Assembly (NCBI RefSeq): GCF_006345805.1
Contig: NW_021828299.1
Coordinates: 1 to 8,723 of the forward strand
DNA from: Octopus sinensis
Lineage: Eukaryota
Direction of reading: 5' to 3'
Length of the DNA stretch: 8,723 nucleotides
The notes beneath the pieces are model-generated. The model had not been told where the DNA came from, ran no database searches, and saw only the letters and a list, made by a program, of their open reading frames with translations. Made by a program: the position numbers and the translations under genes. Below, one piece after another: positions 1 to 8,638 of this stretch (position 1 is its first letter; each line of letters begins with the position of its first letter).

Positions 1-217
1 ATTTCGCCCTCCCTCATCGATTTCTGCATCGCCTTTACAGGGTTGTTGCATTTGCATCCAAACCTTTCAGTCTCCTGAGAAAGATTCGATCTCCTGACCC
101 TGTGTTAAGTAACATCTTTAATTAATCTGTCATTTACGCTTCTCTATTTTTTTTTCATTTTTTCTTTTCTAAAATTTTCTCCTTTGCATTCTCTTTCTCT
201 CTCCTTCCTGCCAGTAG

Positions 218-362
218 GTGTGCGTGCGTGTATGTGTGTGTGTGCATGTATGTGTTTGTGTGTGTATGTGTGTGTGTGTGTGTATGTGTGTGTGTGTGTG
301 TGTGTATGTTCGTATGTAGATATACATATACATTCACATACGCACGCACTTATATATATATT
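218..362. repeat. Compound (TG)n/(TA)n/(CA)n microsatellite
   Basis: Interrupted TG run followed by TA/CA-rich run, read directly. Confidence 0.95.
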
Positions 363-414
363 TGCGTCGTAAGTGTGCCTGCGCCTGCGCAGACGGGCTT
401 AGGTAAGAAGTGTA

Positions 415-430
415 AAAGACAGACAGAAAG

Positions 431-480
<50 letters not shown>

Positions 481-528
481 TAGAGACGGAGGGAGGGAGG
501 GAGAGAGAGAAAGAGAGAGAGAGAGAGC
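415..528. repeat. (AG)n polypurine microsatellite
   Basis: Long AG dinucleotide tract with interruptions. Confidence 0.95.
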
Positions 529-600
529 AATACTGAGAATGGGAAAGCGACGATAGAATTTTACACATAATTCAACTCAGATTAAACAAATTGCAATAAA

Positions 601-653
601 TCATCTTCATCATCATCACCATCATTACCATCATCATCATCTTCATCATCATC
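601..653. repeat. Degenerate (CAT)n trinucleotide repeat
   Basis: tcatcttcatcatcatcaccatcattaccatcatcatcatcttcatcatcatc. Confidence 0.9.
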
Positions 654-814
654 TCGTCCGACACCTTTGCTTTATTCTTCTTCCTCTCCTCCTCTCTCCC
701 CTCGTTTTCTATTCCTTCAGAAAATGTCATTGTTCCTGTGTCTGGAATGTTTTCAGAATGTTTTTTTTTCTTTTTACCACGCACATGGAACAACGTTTCA
801 AATAAACACTCCAC

Positions 815-945
815 CCCCCTCTCTCTCTCCCTTTCTCTCTCCGTCTCTCTCTCTCTCGCACACACACACTGTCTTATCTGCATCTTTCTTCTTCTACTGA
901 GATTATATATACTCTTACATATATGTATACATTGTATATATATAT

Positions 946-998
<53 letters not shown>

Positions 999-1120
999 TA
1001 TATATATATATATTATATATAATATGTGTGTGGAGAGTATCTGTGTGTGTGTGTGTATGTGCGTTCGTGCGCATGCGTCCTTGTGTATGTAGGCATATGC
1101 GTACACATACACACACATGC
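815..1120. repeat. Compound (CT)n-(CA)n-(TA)n-(TG)n microsatellite cluster
   Basis: CT run ~815-858, CA ~859-870, long TA ~902-1025, TG/CA ~1025-1118. Confidence 0.9.
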
Positions 1121-1256
1121 CTTGTTTTCTTTTGTGCAGTGTGCATGTGAAAACATTCAAGTACACAGTTAAACTTACTTATTTCATCATTTTTATTTTT
1201 ATCTATTTTTTTTTGTATTATTACCCCTACCTCTTTTTCCCTATCACAAAAAAAAC

Positions 1257-1490
1257 CATATATATATATGTGTGTGTGTGTGTGTTTATGTGTTTTGTCC
1301 CCCCCAACATCGCTTGACAACGAATGCTGGTGTGTTTACGTCCCCGTAACTTAGCGGTTCGGCAAAAAGGACCGATAGAATAAGTACTAAGCTTACAAAG
1401 AATAAGTCCTGGGGTCGATTTGCTCAACTAAAGGCGGTGCTCCAGCATGACCACAGTCAAATGACTGAAACAAGTAAAAGAGTAAAAGAG
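1257..1490 (+). mobile_element. 5'-truncated copy (3' half) of an Octopus-type tRNA-derived SINE
   Basis: Body ...gctggtgtgtttacgtccccgtaacttagcggttcggcaaaa...ggcggtgctccagcatgaccacagtcaaatgactgaaacaagtaaaagagtaaaagag is the reverse complement of the 3' half of the 2797-3189 copy. It starts at the internal (TA)/(TG) microsatellite and ends in the (AGTAAAAG)n tail; the tRNA head is absent. Confidence 0.9.

Positions 1491-1540
<50 letters not shown>
1491..1540. repeat. (TA)n microsatellite abutting the SINE tail
   Basis: Near-pure TA run. Confidence 0.95.
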
Positions 1541-1545
<5 letters not shown>

Positions 1546-1659
1546 AAAGCAATAAGATTCAAGTTAATTTAAATGAATTTACTTGAATAAGGTACCTAAC
1601 TGAGATGCACAAAAAAAAACTATACTGTTTTAACAATACAGTAATGTGGGTGATTATAA

Positions 1660-2103
1660 GCGAGAAAGAAGCAACAAGAATGGATAGGTTTTTAGTACAA
1701 TCGTTTCATACAAGGACAGGCTTTATTAAAAGTTGTAAAAATTACAGCAATAAACGTGTCCGTACTCATCAGCTAAAATACATGTGAGTTCTCTAGACAT
1801 CCTAGTGGTTGAGGCTATACTCATGAAGTAATGTAGATAATTAAGTAACATAAACAGATTTCCAAAGTTCATAAAGTTCTTTAAGAACTTTAATGAACTT
1901 TGGAAATCTGTTTATGTTACTTAATATCTACATTACTTCATGAGTATAGCCTCAACCACTAGGATGTCTAGAGAACTCACATGTATTTTAGCTGATGAGT
2001 ACGGACACGTTATATGCTGTATTTTTACAACTTTTAATAAAGCCTGTCCTTGTATGAAACGATGGTACTAAAAACCTATCCATTCTTGTTGCTTCTTTCT
2101 CGC
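1660..2103. repeat. Near-perfect 444-bp palindrome (arms 1660-1881 and 1883-2103, 1-nt centre at 1882); candidate foldback element or MITE
   Basis: Manual alignment of the left arm to the reverse complement of the right arm gives one substitution, three single-base indels and one 3-nt local shuffle over ~222 bp. Centre reads aaagttctt-t-aagaacttt. Confidence 0.97.
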
Positions 2104-2104
2104 G

Positions 2105-2111
2105 TATATAT

Positions 2112-2155
<44 letters not shown>
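2105..2155. repeat. (TA)n microsatellite
   Basis: TA run immediately after the right palindrome arm. Confidence 0.95.
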
Positions 2156-2156
<1 letters not shown>

Positions 2157-2796
2157 GTTGCTTTTTTTGCAATGGTGAATCTCGAAGCAAATACAGCTAC
2201 AAATAACGGGACTACTTGTAACATAGCAGGCGTTCTTCTCCCACTGGAGCGCAGCAATCTTTCGAACTCCTGTATCAACTTTAGAAGCTTTGATCTTATC
2301 GTGATGTTGACATCATAAAAATTTAGAAACTTCTAAAGAACGTTAAATGAAATAATTATTTTTTGGAAACGGTGAATCTCAAAGTAGATAAGTCTATATA
2401 AATGATATTATGTATCTTTTGGCTTACGAAAAACACCTTTGGATAGAAAAAGTAGAAAGCTGCCTGTCGGACTCGAACCTTCATCTAAAACGTTCTCTTG
2501 AAATTCCTAAATTCTTATGACGTCAATACTATGCAGTTCTCGCTTTTAAGAGCAGAGTTTCAAACAATTTGACGACTTTCTTTGGTCGAATTGTTGGACA
2601 TCTATCATGTTTGAGCAGCTTTTGGCATTTTCTATCCAATGTCTTTTATCGTTAGTTCGATAATTACTCGTCGTATTATTTCACGTTCTCTTGATTTGCT
2701 GAAATAGAGAATCGCTGGGTAGGATCGAAGAAGAAATCGACAGAAGAAAGTAGATCAATGCCTATTGAACTGAACCAGGTAGATTCAAGTAGAACT

Positions 2797-3189
2797 TTAC
2801 TCTTTTACTCTTTTACTCTTTTACTTGTTTCAGTCATTTGACTGTGGCCATGCTGGAGCACCGCCTTTAGTCGAGCAGATCGACCCCCGAACTTATTCTT
2901 TTGTAAGCCCAGTACTTATTCAATCGGTCTCTTTTGCCGAACCGCTAAGTGACGGGGACGTAAACACACCAGCTAGGGGGACAAACACACACACACACAC
3001 ATACACACACATATATACATATATACGACAGGCTTCTTTCAGTTTCCGTCTACCAAATCCACTCACAAGGCATTGGTCGGCCCGGGGCTATAGCAGAAGA
3101 CACTTGCCCAAGATGCCACGCAGTGGGACTGAACCCGGAACCATGTGGCTGGTTAGCAAGCTACTTACCACACAGCCACTCCTGCGCCT
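2797..3189 (-). mobile_element. Near full-length Octopus-type tRNA-derived SINE
   Basis: Minus strand starts aggcgcaggagtggctgtgtggtaag..., with A-box-like TGGCTGTGTGG (3168-3178) and B-box-like GGTTCAGTCCC (3125-3135). Internal (TA)/(TG) microsatellite ~2984-3025; 3' tail (AGTAAAAG)x3. The 3' half matches the 1257-1490 copy apart from a ~20-bp deletion. Confidence 0.92.
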
Positions 3190-3445
3190 GAGTTGAGTGG
3201 CAGAAAAACCGAGTCTTATAGTTGAAGAGAAGAGTGTAAGAACATTAGCAGTGAACATAAGTAGATGAAGAGGAGCGACGCAAGGAGTTGTCGATCTGCG
3301 CAGGAGTGTTTCGTTTCCCACCTTGACTTCCCTTTTAATGTTAATGCTTCGGCCCTTAACTCTCAGGGAGTGGTTGAAGGAGTTATTGATCTCTGCAGAA
3401 AGCGAGAACTCCGTTAAGTAAGTTGCAGCCGAGGAGAACTGAGGA

Positions 3446-3920
3446 GGTTTCTTCAAAGAATTCGTCGAATCAGGAATTGCTTACGACTCTTTAGCATGAA
3501 CACCGAACAGGAGACTTGAAAAGAAGCTTGATGGTAAAGACACGAGAATGCTTCGAGCAGTTCTTAATCTTTCTTGGCAGCAAAAAAGCTGCGACTGTGT
3601 GGCCGTTTTCTTACCATCACTTCAATAATCGGAGAAAGAACATTTTATTCAAGACACTCCTGGAGGTGCAATGAGGAAGCATCTTGCTATCTCTTTTTCT
3701 GGAAACCCACGCATGGACGTTGAGATGTCAGCAGGCCAAGAAGAGCAGATTTCAATCAGCTCGGGGCAGACTGGGTATTATCAGGTTGAAGAGAAGAAGA
3801 CAGCAAGGGAAGATTGTGACATCTGGCGTGGAGGAGTGGCATTGATCCGGGCAAGTTGCTCGATGCATATACTGAACAGATTGATAGATAAAAAGATAGA
3901 CAGATAGATAGATGGATAAA
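3446..3920 (+). mobile_element. Decayed 3' end of an RTE-type (RTEX-like) LINE ORF with (GATA)n tail
   Basis: Frame from 3446: GFFKEFVESGIAYDSLA*TPNRRLEKKLDGKDTRMLRAVLNLSWQQ. After a frameshift: LRLCGRFLTITSIIGERTFYSRHSWRCNEEASCYLFFWKPTHGR*DVSRPRRADFNQL, then REDCDIWRGGVALIRA. This follows the recalled post-RT C-terminus of RTE-type LINEs (FF..VESVLLYG..WT..LEKKLDG.YTRMLRA.LN.SW..QLYG..AGHCWR..LLW.P.HGR..GRP..DR..WR). TGA at 3497-3499 sits at the Trp position. Confidence 0.85.
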
Positions 3921-4014
3921 TAGAACAGCAAAATTTGGAAGAGCTGAGGATAACCTAGACTTGAATAAAACAAAAAAAAAAAAAAAAGGCTAGGGCACAG
4001 CGACACTGTATAAG

Positions 4015-4200
4015 GGTTGAACAGAGATGAGATTAAGCAAAGTCCAACAGAACTGAACATTAATGATCGAATCAAAGGAGAACGCTTATGAGTCTGGCTG
4101 AACCGACTTAAACCGAGTAGAGCTGACCATAACCGAATAACGACGAATGGAATCGAGTAGCACCGAGCTGTTAAGCTTTAGTCAGACAGACTGAAGCCCT
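4015..4200. repeat. Cryptic degenerate pentanucleotide repeat (AACCG/AGTAG/AGCTG-type units)
   Basis: 5-bp phasing: aaccg actta aaccg agtag agctg accat aaccg aataa cgacg aatgg aatcg agtag caccg agctg. Confidence 0.65.
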
Positions 4201-4440
4201 GCTAACAGAATTTATTGAAATGTCACACTTTAGCAGATGTTCGTGTGCCAAGGTTCCCATTAAACCACACCTACCCTGGTATCAAACACACGCCTGCCTT
4301 CCATACCTACGCAGCACTTCTTTGCTAACCTTTTTGGCCCTCCACATATGCACAAATGGTATGTTTCAGCGCCTTATTAGCGAAGGGAGGAGTGTGGCAG
4401 GTTATACACAAGTAAAGCACGTGGTGTCGAGGACTGATCC

Positions 4441-5220
4441 CGTTGTTGTTGCTGTTGTTGTTACAGTTAAGCGAGTTGTACTATAAGGGCTACACACCCC
4501 ACCCCCTCCACTTCGCTATTCTGCCTTTGACTGTGTCTTTGCTTCGTATTGTTATTACTGTAATGGCGGTGGCGGTGGCGGTGGTGGTGTTGAGGGCGAT
4601 GGTAGTGTATGCGTTGTTGTTTTTCGGTGGCAGCGGCGGTGATGGCGTTAGTGGCGCTGCTGTTTGTGGTGTTGGCGAAGGTGTTGGTAGTGGTGGTAAT
4701 GGAGGATATCAGTTTTTGAAAAAAATTTTGCACGAGATTTTAGACACCCCGCCCCGCCCCACGCCCCGTCCCCGTTTCTGAAGTAACAGAGCATAATCAA
4801 GCAACCGCCATAATGATGATGGTGGGGCCGGAGGGAAAGGCTATAGTAGTAGTGGTGGTTATGGCATTGGTATTGAGGGTAGCGGATATAGTTGTGGTGG
4901 TGATAACGATGAGGATGATAGTGGTGGTGGCGGCGGCGGTGGTGGTGGTGATGTAAATGTTGGCTATGGCGGTGTCAAATGTGTTTGCAGTTATCTGGCT
5001 TAAAGTGGTGGCGGTGGTGACGGTGATAGTAATAGTGGTGATGGTGGTAGTGGTGGTGGTAGTAGTAGAGATGCTGGTAACAGTGGAAATAGTAGTGACA
5101 ATGATAGTTGCCGTGTGTCGTGTTGGGTGTTAGTGATGATTGTAGTATAGGTTGTGTTTACTGTTGTAGGAGTGATAGTGGTGGTGGTGATGAGGCTACT
5201 ATTGGGTTGCTGGTTGGCGG
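4441..5220. repeat. Long degenerate (GGT)n/(GTT)n/(GAT)n/(GTA)n trinucleotide low-complexity region
   Basis: Mixed ggt/ggc/gtt/gat/agt triplets throughout. Confidence 0.9.
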
Positions 5221-5320
5221 ATAAGGTTAACGCGTGCCAGAGCAGCGGCCTTACTGTAAGAAAGAGATAAGTTATACAGAGGAGCTATCTCGAATGTCAG
5301 CCACAAGAACAGGTCAGATA

Positions 5321-5369
5321 GGGCGGAGGGCGAAGGGCGAAGGGCGAAGGGCGAAGGGCGAAGGGCGGA
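5321..5369 (+). repeat. (GGGCGRA)7 heptamer array; canonical G-quadruplex motif with terminal GC boxes
   Basis: gggcgga + (gggcgaa)x5 + gggcgga gives seven GGG tracts with 4-nt loops. GGGCGG is present in units 1 and 7 and again at 5420-5425. Confidence 0.92.
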
Positions 5370-5472
5370 GCTAATTTATGTTCGGTTACCATTGCAGCCG
5401 ATCAACTATTGTGTTGTTTGGGCGGAGCGAACTGATAGCGAGCAAACGCGCAAAAGCAAATGAACTTAACAG

Positions 5473-5885
<413 letters not shown>

Positions 5886-5964
5886 AGTCTTTCAGTCAAT
5901 ATTTACGAATGTATTTTATAGTTAAAAGTTAAAATCTATCTCGAACCTTCAGACCCATTAAAGT

Positions 5965-6125
5965 AAACCTTTTCCCGGTTTCTGTGGCGTTTGAGCGACT
6001 GAGTGTACGAGACTCACCCCCACCGCCACCTGAATGGAACGCCAGACTATTGCATGGCTAACTTACTTCCCCAATTACCGTTGGTATTCATTTTGAGGTG
6101 AGTGAACTGAGGCAGCGTGAGACGT
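5965..6125 (-). mobile_element. Old SINE fragment with a CORE-like central domain
   Basis: Minus strand ctcacgctgcctcagttcactcacctcaaaatgaatacc resembles the recalled CORE consensus (ctctctgtgcctcagtttcctcatctgtaaaatggg). The plus-strand block cccggtttctgtggcgtttgagcgact resembles the 3' part of related invertebrate SINEs. No clear tRNA head. Confidence 0.55.
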
Positions 6126-6334
6126 TTGTTAAAATTTAAAGAGAAGTCCCTGCATAAAAAGCAGAAGGAATTTAGATCATTCAGACAGCCCCGCCGCATA
6201 CAAAGGGAATCTACATCAACGCAACATTGGCATAAAATCAACAGGGACCACCACACTTCAGTTAATAATGCTGCGGCATTTACCATCAGACCCACTTGAA
6301 CAATTGATAAATAATTTCTATGAATGACGATTTT

Positions 6335-6374
6335 TATGTATGTATGTATGTATGTATGTATGTATGTATGTATG

Positions 6375-6404
<30 letters not shown>
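6335..6404. repeat. (TATG)n microsatellite, ~17 units
   Basis: Pure TATG run. Confidence 0.97.
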
Positions 6405-6405
<1 letters not shown>

Positions 6406-6674
6406 TCATATCTGTCAGGTATGTGGAAGAGAGTGTAATTCGGCAGGAGGACTTAAATGACATGCAAAGGTACATGAAGCCCAGTTGCAACTACAGCCGG
6501 CTGTTGGCCGGTAAAGGTTTTAGCTGCCAATTCTGTACAAGACATTGTAGATCTTTAGCTGGGCTAAAAATTCACAGCACCAATAACAGTTAAGCTTCGT
6601 GCAATAGCCATACTCGATAACGAGGGAGCAGTCATCATGTATGTATGTATGTACGTATGTGTACGTATGTATGT
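6404..6674 (+). mobile_element. Probable 3' terminal LINE fragment with two decayed C2H2 zinc-finger motifs and a (TATG)n tail
   Basis: 6413-6475 translates CQVCGRECNSAGGLK*HAKVH (C-X2-C-X12-H-X3-H; TGA at 6458-6460 plausibly from CGA). 6525-6575, in another frame, translates CQFCTRHCRSLAGLKIH (C-X2-C-X12-H, last His lost). A short UTR-like ...ccatactcgataacgagggagcagtcatc and (ATGT)n 6637-6674 follow. RTE-type LINEs often end in a CxxC..GL..H finger plus a tandem-repeat tail. Confidence 0.7.
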
Positions 6675-6677
6675 CAT

Positions 6678-6802
6678 TAAACAGTTTATTTCAAGATTTC
6701 TTGCCAATAGAGAAAGAACCGGTTTCTAACCTAGGTCCAAGGTCCCTTCATTGGAATTTCAACATTAACAACAGGGTATTTTTGTTTTTATGTATGTATG
6801 CA
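6678..6802 (+). mobile_element. Probable interspersed-repeat 3' end with short (TATG)n tail
   Basis: caagatttcttgccaatagagaaagaaccggtttctaacctaggtccaagg...caacagggtatttttgtttttatgtatgtatg. Resembles an interspersed repeat recalled from octopus DNA and ends in TATG units; family not identified. Confidence 0.4.
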
Positions 6803-7054
6803 TGTGCAGATTTTTATGTTTTATGTATGTATTCTCATGCATATAGTTGAGAAAAAAATAAGAGAGGGGGTGAATTAAAAACATGAGAAATTGCTTATAA
6901 AATATTTACTTACGCACCGTCTAACGTACTTTCCCTTAACAAAACATTTTTAGTTACATAATGTAAATTACATAATCATAACGTATCATAAAACATTCAA
7001 AGACATGTAATCTTTATACATAACATTACTGGGTCGTTCAATTGCTGACAAATG

Positions 7055-7085
7055 TAATCATCATAATCATCATCATCATCATCAT

Positions 7086-7122
<37 letters not shown>

Positions 7123-7131
7123 AAGAGAGAG
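7055..7131. repeat. (CAT)n-(GA)n compound microsatellite
   Basis: Read directly. Confidence 0.93.
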
Positions 7132-7545
7132 GGATCAACTGGCAGTCAAATCTCCGAAGATTTGATAATATGTTTTGATTATCTAATTTACATTATATAG
7201 CTAATAATAATGTTTTGTTAATGAAACTTGCGTAAGATCGCGCAAATAAATATCTAATAAACAACCGTTTCGTTTATTTTCCATATCACCAGATTCAGGA
7301 CCCATTCCAAATGATACGAGTACAATAAATTTGTAGTGCAGTAAAAGTTTGAAATTGCACCATCTATATAGAATAGATAGTAATTGTTACTGATAGTGAT
7401 CTGAGATACATTCTCTCTATAAAAACGAACGAAAAGTTTGAACAACGGCAAGAAACGATACAGTTTGCGATGCAGCTCTTCGTCCCTGAAATTCAACACT
7501 CTAAACATCATACAAATATAAACCGGCTAAGAGGAGAATATGGTT

Positions 7546-7585
7546 GTATATATATGTATATGTACACACACACACACACACACAC

Positions 7586-7623
<38 letters not shown>
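7546..7623. repeat. (TA)n-(CA)n-(TA)n compound microsatellite
   Basis: Read directly. Confidence 0.95.
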
Positions 7624-7624
<1 letters not shown>

Positions 7625-8440
7625 CGTTGGGAATGTCTTTGCTCGCGTGACCCTAAAGAGGTTACAGAAAATCGCCCCAAATTTCAGTGTAGTTTCAGAG
7701 TAAAACGCTCTACCATCGATATGATCTCTCTCCCACAGCCAAAGGAAAAGTGCCGAGAGCAAAGACAACCACTCTTTATCACCTTCATCGACCTCACAAA
7801 GGCTTTTGACCTAGTCAGTAGAGATGGCCTGCTCAAAATCCTTGCCAACATTGGCTGATCCCTAAGACTCCTCAGGATTGTCCAATCATTTCACAAGGAC
7901 ATGAAAGGCGTCGTTCAATTTTAATGGCTTTTTTTCGGGGGCATTCAAAATACGCAGCGGCGTAAAGCAGGGTTCTGTGCTTGTCCCAACTCCATTGAGC
8001 ATCTTCTTTGCTGTCATGCTGAAACATACATTTGGGTCGTCAACAGATGGTGTTTACCTCCACATCAGATCAAGCGGCAAACTGTTTAGTCTGTCGAGGC
8101 TGAAAAAAAAAATCAAAGGTGCACCAGGTACTTGTCAGAGAGATGCTGTTCGCAGACAATGCAGCACTGACAGTGCAGTCTGAAGAGCAAAAGCAGCACC
8201 TCGTGGACAAATTTTCAAGGGTCTGTCAGGAATTCAGTCTGACAATCAGTCTGAAGAAGACCCAAGTAATGGGTCAAAGTGTCAAGCACGCACCCACTAC
8301 AAGCTGGAAGTAGGCCCTCAATTCACCTGTCTCGGCTCTACCTTCGCTGATGACCCCTGCCTGGACCCTGAGATCAACAGGCGAATCAGACAAGCATCGT
8401 CCACATTTGCTAGGCCCACAAAGGAAGTTTGGGAAAACAA
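7622..8440 (+). mobile_element. Internal fragment of an RTE (BovB-like) LINE reverse transcriptase domain, pseudogenised
   Basis: Stitched across frameshifts: IVGNVFARVTLKRLQKIA / PKFQCSFRVKRSTIDMI..KEKCREQRQPLFITFIDLTKAFDLVSRDGLLKILANIG* / AFKIRSGVKQGSVLVPTPLSIFFAVMLKHTFGSSTDGVYLHIRSSGKLFSLSRLK / VLVREMLFADNAALT..FSLTISLKKTQVM / FTCLGST..EINRRIRQASSTFARPTKEVWEN. Contains the RT motifs FIDLTKAFD, GVKQG and FADN (decayed FADD, 8149-8160). Stop at 7856-7858 and several frameshifts. Confidence 0.95.
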
Positions 8441-8519
8441 AACAAAAAAAAATGGCTGCAAAACCAAAACTGAAGCAAAGGGTCGCAGCTCTTGAGCTGA
8501 AAATAATATAGGATAAAGA

Positions 8520-8599
8520 ATATATATATATATATATATATAATAATATATATATATATAATATATATATAAATGTATTTGTGTGTGTGTGTGTGTGTG

Positions 8600-8636
<37 letters not shown>
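8520..8636. repeat. (TA)n-(TG)n compound microsatellite
   Basis: Read directly. Confidence 0.95.

Positions 8637-8638
<2 letters not shown>

Noticed and set aside
1-790. Pyrimidine tract plus CAG acceptor-like sites (~214, ~720) and short open frames at 1-120
   Set aside because: No convincing donor or recognisable peptide; the pyrimidine tracts are simple-repeat derived.
155-1320. ORFs rich in HT, VC, RE, SL, YI and M repeats
   Set aside because: Translations of TG, AG, TA and CAT microsatellites; no domain or coding signal.
1605-2278. Two opposite-strand ORFs sharing EKEATRMDRFLV..FHTRTGFIKSCKN
   Set aside because: A trivial result of the palindrome; no homology recognised.
2469-2479. 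Perfect Pol III B-box GGTTCGAGTCC on the minus strand
   Set aside because: No matching A-box or cloverleaf stems; not supportable as a tRNA.
2518-2525. Perfect CRE palindrome TGACGTCA
   Set aside because: Single 8-mer without promoter context; compatible with chance.
2640-3445. Possible extension of the RTE LINE upstream across the SINE
   Set aside because: Only faint peptide resemblance and no YADD-type motif; the flanks are better explained by the pentamer repeat.
3964-3987. AATAAA followed by an A16 run
   Set aside because: No associated retrocopy or TSD identified; may be a simple A-tract.
4443-4781. Gly/Val-rich (+) and His/Thr-rich (-) ORFs
   Set aside because: Products of degenerate GGT/GTT trinucleotide repeats.
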